DNA of 39,287 nucleotides. It comes from a virus (lineage: Duplodnaviria; Caudoviricetes). The notes beneath the pieces are model-generated. The model was given only the letters and a program-made list of their open reading frames with translations. It made no database searches and was not told where the DNA came from. Where the stretch lies: positions 1-39,287 of the IMG/VR virus record IMGVR_UViG_3300005662_000090. The stretch is one strand, 5' to 3'. A program made the translations under genes and the position numbers. Positions within the stretch are counted from its first letter, which is position 1; every line of letters starts with the position of its first letter. Below, one piece after another: positions 28,069 through 37,788 of the stretch.

Positions 28069-30099
28069 ATGTCAGGTACTCAGCATGGTCTATGGGTCAG
28101 GGGAACCGTTGAGGGATATAATCCCGATGGCACTTTAACAGTTTCTATAGATAGAGCTGGCTCTGCCTCATCTCAAAATGATAAATTAGAAAAGATTAGT
28201 CTGCCTAACTCTTGGTTAGGTGATAAGGGACAATTTGCAGGAGGATATCCTCAAATTGGCGCTACTGTAAGATTAATTCAAGGAGCATTAGATCGTTGGC
28301 ACTGTATTGGATACGAATCTTCTCAAGAAGATATGTCTAATATTTATTTTCAATTAGAAGAAAATAAATACTTAATTAAATCTCCGTCTGTCTATGGAGG
28401 TGATAATAAAATTTATGTAGATTCAAATTCTGTTAGCCTAGGTACTAGCAATAAAAAAATAGATTTATCTAATGGAATAATAAGCTCTAATGTAAATGAA
28501 AATTTATCGTTTAATAATTCTCACAGAACTATCTCTGGAGAAATTAAAAGATATCTTAAAAATAAAACTATACAAGACTCTCTAGACATAGCCTTAACTT
28601 CTATTGTTTTTAATAATGAGTTAAACGTTATTGGTTTGGACCCAGAATATGAAATTCATCAATTTAACTCCGGTTCAGTTGCTAGAAATCCTGCATTAGC
28701 AGAGACTAGAAATGTTTATTATGAATTCGCAGATGAGTTTAATTATAAATCATACAAAGACGAGCACAGTGACTATCTAGAAGGTGTAAATAAATCTAAT
28801 TTAGAAATAATTCCTAATTCTAAATCTAGAAATAGAGCCGTTCCATTATCATTAACTTTAGAAAGACCCAATCATCTTGTAGAAACAATAGTTGGAACGG
28901 TGGTTGATTCTTTTGGTAATATTTTGGATATTAATAGATCTATTTTGCCCATTGGTAAAGTGGATAGGCTATCTCTAAAAAATAATCAAAATAAAGATGA
29001 AGCTTATCGTGGAATTCTTAGAGAGTTAAGAAAAAGTATCGCATATCATTTTGAAATGAATAATAGAAAGGATTTGAAAGGAGAGCTAAATACTCCAAAT
29101 CCAAATGATGCAAGTGATTATGCCAGAAGCCGATCAAAATTTTCAATAGATATTGATAAAGAAGGTCAGTTTAAAATTAATGTTCCTTCTTCGTCTGAGA
29201 CTGGCAACATACCTCTTTTAACTAGATATGAAAATTATTCTGTCTTCTTAAAAGAAGATGGCAAAGATGAAAATATATTTGCTGATAGTTTTGTTAAGCC
29301 AGAAGATGACATAGATATTTATATAGAAAATTTTGGTTTAAATTCTTCAATTAAACTAACATCAAATGATAAAGATTTAGACGGATATCAATCCCCAAGA
29401 GATAGAACTAAAGGTAAAAAAGATAAAGATCCATTTATTAAATATGGAACCGCATTTCATGATATCACTAATGTTTGTCAGCAATTTACCAAAAATGCTC
29501 CCTATTTGGAAGAATCTAAGCTTGTTCCAATGGATCCAAATAACAGACTGAATAATGAGGCTGTTTGGAAACCGTTAGATAAAATAGTTTCTGATACTAT
29601 TATTGTTGCTGGAAAGGATGCCAATGCGGGTGGTCGTAGCGGCATGATTAATTTAGATGGATTTATATCTTTAAATGTCGGAGCTAATACAATAGATCGT
29701 CAATCTCTTTGGTTGGATACTGCGGGAGGGATGGTTCATAGTATTGGAAAAGATAAAAATAATATTAGTTATGCAGCGTCTTTTGATGGAGATGTTTTTT
29801 GGCAAATTGGCGGCACTGGTCTTGGCTCTATGCAAGATAGCAGGTTCTCGGATTCTAATGATGCTTACAGATCTGGAACTTTAGATATTAGAGTTAATAT
29901 TAATGGTCAATTAGCAATATTTAGAATTGGACCCGAAGGTATTTCTATTATTTCTCCGGGTACATTGAATTTTATTAGCCAGCAAAGTATTATTATGAAA
30001 TCTAATTCTAACATTCAGTTAGAAGCTGAAAGCATCGTTATGTATGCAGAAACCTCAAAAAGAATTGTTAATAGATTTCCTAAGTCAAATATTGCATAA
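28069..30099 (+). CDS. Baseplate central spike-like protein (gp5/gpV-like)
   Basis: Follows the hub; N-terminal OB-like RGTVEGYNPDGTLTV...GGYPQIGATV; C-terminal short beta-strand repeats (GISIISPGTLNFISQQSIIMKSNSNIQLEAESI). Confidence 0.6.
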   Translation: MSGTQHGLWVRGTVEGYNPDGTLTVSIDRAGSASSQNDKLEKISLPNSWLGDKGQFAGGYPQIGATVRLIQGALDRWHCIGYESSQEDMSNIYFQLEENKYLIKSPSVYGGDNKIYVDSNSVSLGTSNKKIDLSNGIISSNVNENLSFNNSHRTISGEIKRYLKNKTIQDSLDIALTSIVFNNELNVIGLDPEYEIHQFNSGSVARNPALAETRNVYYEFADEFNYKSYKDEHSDYLEGVNKSNLEIIPNSKSRNRAVPLSLTLERPNHLVETIVGTVVDSFGNILDINRSILPIGKVDRLSLKNNQNKDEAYRGILRELRKSIAYHFEMNNRKDLKGELNTPNPNDASDYARSRSKFSIDIDKEGQFKINVPSSSETGNIPLLTRYENYSVFLKEDGKDENIFADSFVKPEDDIDIYIENFGLNSSIKLTSNDKDLDGYQSPRDRTKGKKDKDPFIKYGTAFHDITNVCQQFTKNAPYLEESKLVPMDPNNRLNNEAVWKPLDKIVSDTIIVAGKDANAGGRSGMINLDGFISLNVGANTIDRQSLWLDTAGGMVHSIGKDKNNISYAASFDGDVFWQIGGTGLGSMQDSRFSDSNDAYRSGTLDIRVNINGQLAIFRIGPEGISIISPGTLNFISQQSIIMKSNSNIQLEAESIVMYAETSKRIVNRFPKSNIA

Positions 30100-30120
30100 T
30101 ATAAGATATAGAGTACTTAA

Positions 30121-32295
30121 ATGCCTTGTAGTCCTAATGATAATCAAATTAATGTAGATATTCCTCCTGGTCCAAATATTCCAGGTTTTGGTATTCCATT
30201 TTCTCCATTTCAGATTCCGTTACCTGATTTTGAATTACCTGACTTTTTAATTGCGGACTTTTTATCATTAATTCAGCAGCTGGGTTCGCTATTTCCATCT
30301 GGCATATTTAATCCCATACCAGATGATAGCATGAGTACTATATTTGAATTTTTGGCAGATATTTTAAGGCAAATATCTCCTTATTTAAGTTTTTATAATT
30401 TTATTTTAGCTCTTTTAAGAATGATTAAGTGTATCATTGATATTTTATGCGCTATACCTAATCCTTTTGCAGTTGCTCAAAAAGTTATTGTATTATTTAC
30501 TGAATGTTTGCCTCCATTTTTAAATTTATTTCCAATTTTTGCACTAATAGCAATGATAATAGCTTTATTATTATTAATTTTAGCTATTATTCAATATATT
30601 ATCGAAACTATTTTAGCAATCATCCTTGCAATATTAAAAAATATTGAAATTTTTGTTAATGCAGCTCAATTGCAAGATTATGAATCAATCTTAGCAGCCG
30701 TTCAAAAAATCGCTCAGATTCTTTGCTTCTTAGAGAATGTGCTTGCTATACTTGTAGCAATTGCTGCAATTATTAATATAATTAAATCTTTAGCTCAATT
30801 TGCTGGTGTTACTTTCTGCGCTTCAGAAGAAGAAGGCTGTTGTCCACTAGTGCTTTGCCCACCATTCATTAAAAATACTCCAGACGGCATCCCTACTACT
30901 CAGGGCAAGTTAATTTATTTAAGTCAAATTGGTTTGGATTCTGAAAAATTATTTGGAGATTTGGGCATGGACCCAGCCATGGCAGCATTACTTGCTGTAC
31001 CTCCAATTCGTAAAGAAAGATGGCAGGTCTATGACAAAAACTTTGATGCCATATATAAAATTTCAGATATTATTACTCCTGTAATTCCAGTTTTGGGAGA
31101 TGATTTTTGGTCTGAAGACGTAATTACTACCAAAGACACTTCTAGTAAAAAAGCCCAATATACTGTTGATATGACTTTAGATGTCAATCCTGCTAATTTT
31201 GGAATTACGGATTATGGAGGGACTAGAAAGTTTAAAATTAAAGATTGTATCGTGGTTGAAAAACCATATACTGGAACATATAAATACGATTCGGATGAAG
31301 GAGATTTTACTACCAGAGACTTATCTCAAGGAGTATTTGGGGTTTTAAGTATAGCTGGCGGCAAAGTATATGAAATTACTAGTACTGGAGAAGAAGTGGA
31401 ATATTACGGCGGCTCCAGCGAACAAAGAACTTTAAATACTTTTATAGCAACATTAGATCCATTAACCGGCAAGCCTCCTGTGGTTTCTACTCCCCCATCT
31501 GGCGGAGATGATGCCATTGTATTTGACAATATTGAATTTACATGGAAACCAAATGCAGCTGCTTTGGCTGGCTATCAAGTAACTACTTTCGGCTGTATGC
31601 CAACGGTTGCTTTAGAAAGAGATATTGTTAACTCTGTTATTATTGCAGAAGGTATCGAGCCTATAGCTGATAAATTACCTCCTTTACCAGACGTAGAGGC
31701 TGCGCAGCAATGTGTAGTTTCAGCTCTAAATATCTTTAGAAAAAATATTTCTCCAGATACTGCTGCAATTTTTCAAGCAGCGGCAGTAACTTGTATGGAA
31801 AATCTTAAAAAAGATGTAATTGATACTATTGTCGCAGCAATTAATGCGGGAGCTAGTGCGTTTAAGACCGATTATGAACTAGATACCGATATTCAAATAG
31901 TAAATCAACCCATTATAGTTTCTCTGTATTTAAAGGATGCTGCGGGGACTCTATTGACTACTAAAATTCCTGCAGAATGCGCAGACCGAGTTGCTCCAAA
32001 TATTTCGGCAAATATAACTTTGGGAACTATTAGTTCTTTTACATATGATGGCTACACTAAATTTATTGCAGAAATAAATTCAGATAGACCTGGAGATGGT
32101 GAAATTTCTGTAACGGTAAACAATAAAATTGTTTCAATTTTTGCTCCTACAGCCAATGGAGTTCCTTCTTCTATCTCTGAAAATATTAAACAATATACAT
32201 TTATCTCTGCCGCTGATGTTGCTAATATCCCAGTTGATAATGTCTTTGATGTTGCTCGTACTCCTGTACGCCGTGACGAAACCGATGTGGAGTGA
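30121..32295 (+). CDS. Hydrophobic, Cys-rich putative virion protein with a C-terminal Ig-like (invasin-type) domain
   Basis: Long I/L/A-rich helices in the N-terminal third; about 14 Cys; C-terminal VSLYLKDAAG...FIAEINSDRPGDGEISVTVN resembles Big-1 domains. Confidence 0.55.
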   Translation: MPCSPNDNQINVDIPPGPNIPGFGIPFSPFQIPLPDFELPDFLIADFLSLIQQLGSLFPSGIFNPIPDDSMSTIFEFLADILRQISPYLSFYNFILALLRMIKCIIDILCAIPNPFAVAQKVIVLFTECLPPFLNLFPIFALIAMIIALLLLILAIIQYIIETILAIILAILKNIEIFVNAAQLQDYESILAAVQKIAQILCFLENVLAILVAIAAIINIIKSLAQFAGVTFCASEEEGCCPLVLCPPFIKNTPDGIPTTQGKLIYLSQIGLDSEKLFGDLGMDPAMAALLAVPPIRKERWQVYDKNFDAIYKISDIITPVIPVLGDDFWSEDVITTKDTSSKKAQYTVDMTLDVNPANFGITDYGGTRKFKIKDCIVVEKPYTGTYKYDSDEGDFTTRDLSQGVFGVLSIAGGKVYEITSTGEEVEYYGGSSEQRTLNTFIATLDPLTGKPPVVSTPPSGGDDAIVFDNIEFTWKPNAAALAGYQVTTFGCMPTVALERDIVNSVIIAEGIEPIADKLPPLPDVEAAQQCVVSALNIFRKNISPDTAAIFQAAAVTCMENLKKDVIDTIVAAINAGASAFKTDYELDTDIQIVNQPIIVSLYLKDAAGTLLTTKIPAECADRVAPNISANITLGTISSFTYDGYTKFIAEINSDRPGDGEISVTVNNKIVSIFAPTANGVPSSISENIKQYTFISAADVANIPVDNVFDVARTPVRRDETDVE

Positions 32296-32298
32296 TAA

Positions 32299-33996
32299 AT
32301 GGCTTCAGAAATATCTAAACAAGCCCCTAATAAAACTAATGATAATTTAAGTCAAATTGATTCAGACATCGATAGTTTGTATAAAAAATATCTTTCCGGT
32401 ATTGATGCTATTAGGTCTAAATCTAGACCTCAGTTAAGTGTTGCGAATTATAAAGATGAAACAAGCAAAGGGTTAGCTAGTCAAAAAATTACTTCACTTA
32501 TTACTCCTTATGAAAGCAGGGCTCATGCTTTTTATAGGATGGTGGGAATGCCTGTGGTAAGCCCTAATAATGGGTATTATAGTCCAGGATTTTCTCCTAG
32601 CTCTCCAACAAATAAAAATAAAATTAAAATAAATACCTCATATTATGAGAATACTGAGTTAGTAAATTTTATTTACCAAAGAGAAAAATTTTTTTCAGAC
32701 TTTCAGCTTTTGTTTAGTACGTCTATTGATGAATTAGAAACATTAGTTTACTCTCTTTTATCAAGATATTCTTTTCCATTTGCCGTAACAAATCCAGACT
32801 CATCAGATCATTTAAAAAAAGATGAGCAAAAAATTGAAGTTGATTCAAGGGAATTGTCTTTATTTACTTTAAATAATATAGATAAAGAGTCAGAGATAAG
32901 CCAATATATAGCAAAATATAAAAGCGTTTTTCATCCAATTAAACCATTTATTGTAGACCCTAGAATCGCATTAACAGTAGACCCTCAAGAAAATATTATT
33001 TGCGTTCCATTTTTAAAAAATAAAGACGAAACTGAAATTGAAAAAGGAGTGTTTTTAAAAACTCCAGTGATTCAAGACATTATCGAACAAAGATTAGAGG
33101 ACCCTGATTTAAATGAGGGTTTTTTAAAATTTGTTGAAAATATCTTTACAGATAAAGAGAATACTACTACAACCAGTATAGATTATCAAACATTGGTAAT
33201 TACCGTGAGTGGATTGTTAGAAGAAGCTAAAATTCAAGAAGATTTAAAAAACTTTACAAAAGATAAACTATTGGGAGTTTCTAATGTTCAATACAGTGAA
33301 ACTTTAAAAATAACAAAAACTATCAAGGCTTTAGTAATAAGATTAATTCAATCTCAAAGAAATTTAGATTGGGTTAATAGCATCATCAGTTGGGTTCCAG
33401 TTCCTGGAGCATCTGGACCGGGTGTTGCTTATGGGTGGAAATTATCAGAAAATTTTTTAGGCATACAATTAAAAATTGATTCCGCTATTAAAGAATTAAA
33501 ATTGCAAAAAATATCAGCCGAAACTGAGGCTGTAAAAAAACCAACTGCAGGCATTTCTGCTTCTCCATTTGTAAGGCAGGACGGTTCTGAAAATGTAAAA
33601 AATTATGATAAATCACTTGCTCAATTAAATTCTGATGTCAATGAACTGGCAAAAAAAGGATTTCAGGCATTAAGAACTATAGAGGTCATTAAAGGAGAAG
33701 TATCAGGGTTAGGATTAATTGATGTATTATCTTTTTATTACGGGCTATGGTCTATGAGCTTAGAAAATCTTTTATATTTAATTGATGATGAAGCCATTGC
33801 TAGAATGATTGCCTATAATCCTTCTTATGAAAAAGTCTCAGCAGTAACGAATAGAAAAAATACTTCTGGAACTTCTGCGGAAGTTCTCAAATCTCTAAAA
33901 GAACTAGAGTCAAGAGTTTATTTTATGCTAGATTTTGCTGACAAATATTATGAAGAATGTTTAGAAATTAAATCTTCTAAAGATGCGGGCGGGTAA
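32299..33996 (+). CDS. Hypothetical baseplate-region protein (565 aa)
   Basis: Long ORF packed between the spike-region and wedge genes; no recognised motif. Confidence 0.7.
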   Translation: MASEISKQAPNKTNDNLSQIDSDIDSLYKKYLSGIDAIRSKSRPQLSVANYKDETSKGLASQKITSLITPYESRAHAFYRMVGMPVVSPNNGYYSPGFSPSSPTNKNKIKINTSYYENTELVNFIYQREKFFSDFQLLFSTSIDELETLVYSLLSRYSFPFAVTNPDSSDHLKKDEQKIEVDSRELSLFTLNNIDKESEISQYIAKYKSVFHPIKPFIVDPRIALTVDPQENIICVPFLKNKDETEIEKGVFLKTPVIQDIIEQRLEDPDLNEGFLKFVENIFTDKENTTTTSIDYQTLVITVSGLLEEAKIQEDLKNFTKDKLLGVSNVQYSETLKITKTIKALVIRLIQSQRNLDWVNSIISWVPVPGASGPGVAYGWKLSENFLGIQLKIDSAIKELKLQKISAETEAVKKPTAGISASPFVRQDGSENVKNYDKSLAQLNSDVNELAKKGFQALRTIEVIKGEVSGLGLIDVLSFYYGLWSMSLENLLYLIDDEAIARMIAYNPSYEKVSAVTNRKNTSGTSAEVLKSLKELESRVYFMLDFADKYYEECLEIKSSKDAGG

Positions 33997-34024
33997 GTAT
34001 CTATTAATTTTAAGGTAGAGTAGT

Positions 34025-34462
34025 ATGAGTTTTGATCTTAAAATTTTAAATGGAGATTTAGTTGTTGATAGTACAGGAGACTTGAAGAAAGTTGAGAATA
34101 CTGATAAATTGGTCCAAGATATATTAAAAATATGTACTACTCAACGAGGCTTTAAAAGAAAATATCCATTTTACGGATGCCTAGTTTCTAATTCTTTGAT
34201 TGGCTCTGCGTTTCCTGAAGATTTTATGAATACTTATGCATCTTCTCAATTGAAAGATTCAATTCAATCTTTGATAGAACTGCAAAAAATACAACAAAGA
34301 TTTCAATATATGTCACCTCAGGAATCAATTGCAGCAATAGGAAATATACAAATTAATAGATTGCCCTCTGATCCTAGATATTTTTTAATTTATGTTTCTG
34401 TAGTAAATAAGGCTTTTTCTAGAGTAGATGCTAGTTTTGAAATAAATTCCACTGGATTATGA
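34025..34462 (+). CDS. Baseplate wedge / sheath initiator (T4 gp25 / P2 gpW-like)
   Basis: MSFDLKILNGDL...DKLVQDILKI...TQRG...PFYG...DPRYFLIYVSV; size and position immediately before the J-like gene fit. Confidence 0.8.
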   Translation: MSFDLKILNGDLVVDSTGDLKKVENTDKLVQDILKICTTQRGFKRKYPFYGCLVSNSLIGSAFPEDFMNTYASSQLKDSIQSLIELQKIQQRFQYMSPQESIAAIGNIQINRLPSDPRYFLIYVSVVNKAFSRVDASFEINSTGL

Positions 34463-34555
34463 CTATAATTTAGTCATTATACTATTTTTAATTAATAATA
34501 TTTATATATAGATATAGATTTATTGAAGTTTGTCATATTAATTTAAGGTGATTGA

Positions 34556-37500
34556 ATGGCTAGAATACGCACATCCAGTGAAATTATTAGAAGTTATCTG
34601 GATTTTTACAGAACGGTACAGCCTCAACTAGATACTAAGCCAGGCTCTGTAACTAGAGATATTTTAATTGACGGTCCTTCCGATCAAATATCTCGTCTTT
34701 ATGACGAAATAAATAATGTTTCTAATTTGCAATCTTTGCGTCAATCTTTTGGATCTGATTTAGATAATTGGGCTCAAAATATTGGAGCTGTTCGCCGACG
34801 AGGAGCTAAGTCTACAGTTCCAGCCTTGTTGCTTTTTAATAGCATAGAAGCGGATTTGCCAATTAATAAAGGAGATCTAATTTATGCTAAGAACGGATCT
34901 TCTTTTGCCGTTTTAAATGATATTCTAATTTCTCCAACATTAGAGAGTCAATATAAAAGCACTGCAGCAAAATATAGGGGAGACTTAGACTTTTTAGGAT
35001 TTACTGAGCAGTATGCTATCGAGGTCATAGTAGAAGCAACTGCACCAGGAGACCAGGGAAACATTTCTAAGTACAATTTAAATTCTACCAACATTCCAGG
35101 AATCACTCATGTAACTAACGTTTATCCTGCCGGAGGAGGTCGCCCAGCAGAAACTGATAGCGTATTTAAAAATAGAATTTTAGCTATTTTCAGTGGAAGT
35201 AATACTGGAACAGCTTTAGGATATGAAAATGCCGTTAAATCAGATCCTTCAGTTATTGATTCTATAGTTATCCCTCCTGGTGATTCTTTAATGACAAGAG
35301 ATGGTACGCAAGTTTCTATTGCAGAAGATGGCACTAGAACAATCATTTCTGATGGCACTGGTGGGAAAGTAGATGTAATAGTTTATGGAACCAGATTACA
35401 AGAAACAGTGGACTCTTATATTTATAGAGATAAAAGCAACACTGGAGACGCTACTAATATAGCTAATGATTTTGTTTTGGGTCAAATTGCCGGCGATGAA
35501 AATAAAACCATCACAAGAAAAAGAATTGACAATTTAGCAGTATCGACGCTGCCAACTCAGCCAATATTTAATATAGTTTCAGTGGTAGGCTCTTCTAGCG
35601 GACCAAATTTCAAAGCCAAGTCCGTAGATAACTTTGGAAGAGTATCTGGTAATTATGAGTTAATTAAAGATACTGGCGGATATTCTGGATCTCCTTGGGG
35701 TTTTGATAGATTAAGATGGATATCTAATCAAATATCTGATTTGCAAGAAGATAAAACTAAAGTAAGTTTTAACGGTCAAGATCCATTAGTATATACTGAT
35801 GTTTTAGAAATTAAAAAAATTACACAAAACATTATTATTACAAATGAAAATAGTAAAGTTTCTTCGTCTGATCGTTCCATAATTCAATTAGCGCATAAAC
35901 CTGCTACCACTGTAACTAGAGTTTTCAATGTTTCTACTGGTGAAAGATATGTTATTTCAAGCCAAAATGTAGATGGCACTGATACTATTAATACAACTGG
36001 AAGAATTAAAATTTCAGGCAAATCATTGCCTTCCACTAGTGATATTTTGCAAGTAGATTATACCTGGATTTATGAATATGATCCATATTTTGATTTTGAT
36101 AATAAAAAATACTCTTTTAATTCCAGAGTTGTTACTGATAGCGTTGACTGGGGGTATTCTAATTTAGTTAAAAGAGAAAGAAATGTTTTAGTTTCAAATG
36201 GAAGTTATTTATCATTAAATTTATCTCATCCCGTATCTTCTGTAGTTAAAGTAGATGTATTTTCTGAAGAAAATTCTACAGTAACTTTTTCATCTGGTAG
36301 GCTATCGATAATTGCCTCTAATATAATAAGCAATGTTGTTTCGGTAAGAAGAACCTCAGACGGTGCTGAGCTTTGGAATACTCAAGATAATGACGGATCT
36401 ATTAGTTCTTTTATCGCTTATTTGCCAGGAGATACTGTTGCTCAATTTGGCGATGCTGTTACCATAGTTTATAATGCTACAGATGTTTATGGTGACACTG
36501 GTTCTTTTAACGATGACGAGATAACAATTATTCCTTCTGTCAATGCTACTTCTGGTGCAATTGTAGAATGTACTTATATTGCAAATGTAAGTTCTATTCT
36601 TCCAAGCACTACTTTGTCATCTTTGCCAGCGATTAGAAATGTAAATTCTTTTAATACTAATACTTTAACTTCAATAGGAAATCAGCCAGCATCTAATTTA
36701 TTCTCCGGTTCTAGCATCGTGCAGAATTTAAGAAGAGCGCCTTCAAACTTAGCTTTGAGTATTACGGGCTCTGTAGTTCCTGGAGTTATTACTTGTGCTG
36801 GAACAACTATTATAAAGGCAGCTGACATTGTATTTACTTCTAGCAGCAATGGATTGACTCATGATTTATCATCTGCAATAAGAAGCTTTCTAGGTCTTTC
36901 TTCTAAAGATTCTTTGCCTTCTAACGCTAAAATAGGAAGATTAGTAAAATTTCAAAAAGTTAGCGCAGATGGATCTTTAAATGTATTATCTGTTCTTAAA
37001 GAGTATGATGTTTTAGGTTATTTATTAAAAGATAACTCTTTAGTTAAAGATGAATCAGTTCAAGATAGTTCTTTAAACAATTTTCAAATTTCATTGCCTA
37101 GAACTGTAGACAATCTTGCAGAGCCCTTAGCAATTGGAGACCGGGTTCGAGTTTCTTTTTATATTGTTTATACTGATGATTCTGAAAATGTATATTTTAC
37201 TAAGTCGGGAATTCAATATACTCAAAAAAGATTTGTTTATGTAGATACGATTGCAATTTCTAGCGGATTCAATAGTACGTCTTCTGCTGCGGCAACTTTG
37301 TCTATAAATAACTTTAATCAACCGTTAATTAAATCTAGATATAAAACTTATTATGATTATACTTCTCCGAAAACCAATGAGAGAATTACAATTACTTCAA
37401 ATTATAATAAATTAATTTCTGATACAACTTTAATTGTAGAAGATGCAAGACCAATTACCGCAGATGTATTGGTTAAAGAAGCTGAAATTCTATTAATAGA

Positions 37501-37786
37501 TGTTACTGTTTACGTTGTTCCAACTGAGGAATTTAAAAATTCTCCAGGAATAGTTAGACAAAATGTACAAGATGCTATTACAGCAATAGTTAACGCTGAT
37601 GCTTTGGCTCAGATAATTGATTCTTCTGATCTGATTAATTCGGCATATACTGTAAACGGCGTAGATAGAGCTAGAATTATTTATTTTAATAAAACTGGCA
37701 GCAATGGTTCGGTGCTAAGCATTGTTCCACAAAAAAACCAATATACTGTCGCAAATAATATTTCAATAGTTATAGAAGAACGATAA
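34556..37786 (+). CDS. Baseplate J-like wedge protein with a large internal insertion
   Basis: PGSVTRDILID, DLDNWAQNIGAVRRRGAKS, VEATAPGDQGNI, GGRPAETDSVFKNRI, GTALGY, GKVDVIV, and C-terminal SDLINSAYTVNGVD. Confidence 0.88.
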   Translation: MARIRTSSEIIRSYLDFYRTVQPQLDTKPGSVTRDILIDGPSDQISRLYDEINNVSNLQSLRQSFGSDLDNWAQNIGAVRRRGAKSTVPALLLFNSIEADLPINKGDLIYAKNGSSFAVLNDILISPTLESQYKSTAAKYRGDLDFLGFTEQYAIEVIVEATAPGDQGNISKYNLNSTNIPGITHVTNVYPAGGGRPAETDSVFKNRILAIFSGSNTGTALGYENAVKSDPSVIDSIVIPPGDSLMTRDGTQVSIAEDGTRTIISDGTGGKVDVIVYGTRLQETVDSYIYRDKSNTGDATNIANDFVLGQIAGDENKTITRKRIDNLAVSTLPTQPIFNIVSVVGSSSGPNFKAKSVDNFGRVSGNYELIKDTGGYSGSPWGFDRLRWISNQISDLQEDKTKVSFNGQDPLVYTDVLEIKKITQNIIITNENSKVSSSDRSIIQLAHKPATTVTRVFNVSTGERYVISSQNVDGTDTINTTGRIKISGKSLPSTSDILQVDYTWIYEYDPYFDFDNKKYSFNSRVVTDSVDWGYSNLVKRERNVLVSNGSYLSLNLSHPVSSVVKVDVFSEENSTVTFSSGRLSIIASNIISNVVSVRRTSDGAELWNTQDNDGSISSFIAYLPGDTVAQFGDAVTIVYNATDVYGDTGSFNDDEITIIPSVNATSGAIVECTYIANVSSILPSTTLSSLPAIRNVNSFNTNTLTSIGNQPASNLFSGSSIVQNLRRAPSNLALSITGSVVPGVITCAGTTIIKAADIVFTSSSNGLTHDLSSAIRSFLGLSSKDSLPSNAKIGRLVKFQKVSADGSLNVLSVLKEYDVLGYLLKDNSLVKDESVQDSSLNNFQISLPRTVDNLAEPLAIGDRVRVSFYIVYTDDSENVYFTKSGIQYTQKRFVYVDTIAISSGFNSTSSAAATLSINNFNQPLIKSRYKTYYDYTSPKTNERITITSNYNKLISDTTLIVEDARPITADVLVKEAEILLIDVTVYVVPTEEFKNSPGIVRQNVQDAITAIVNADALAQIIDSSDLINSAYTVNGVDRARIIYFNKTGSNGSVLSIVPQKNQYTVANNISIVIEER

Positions 37787-37788
37787 TT

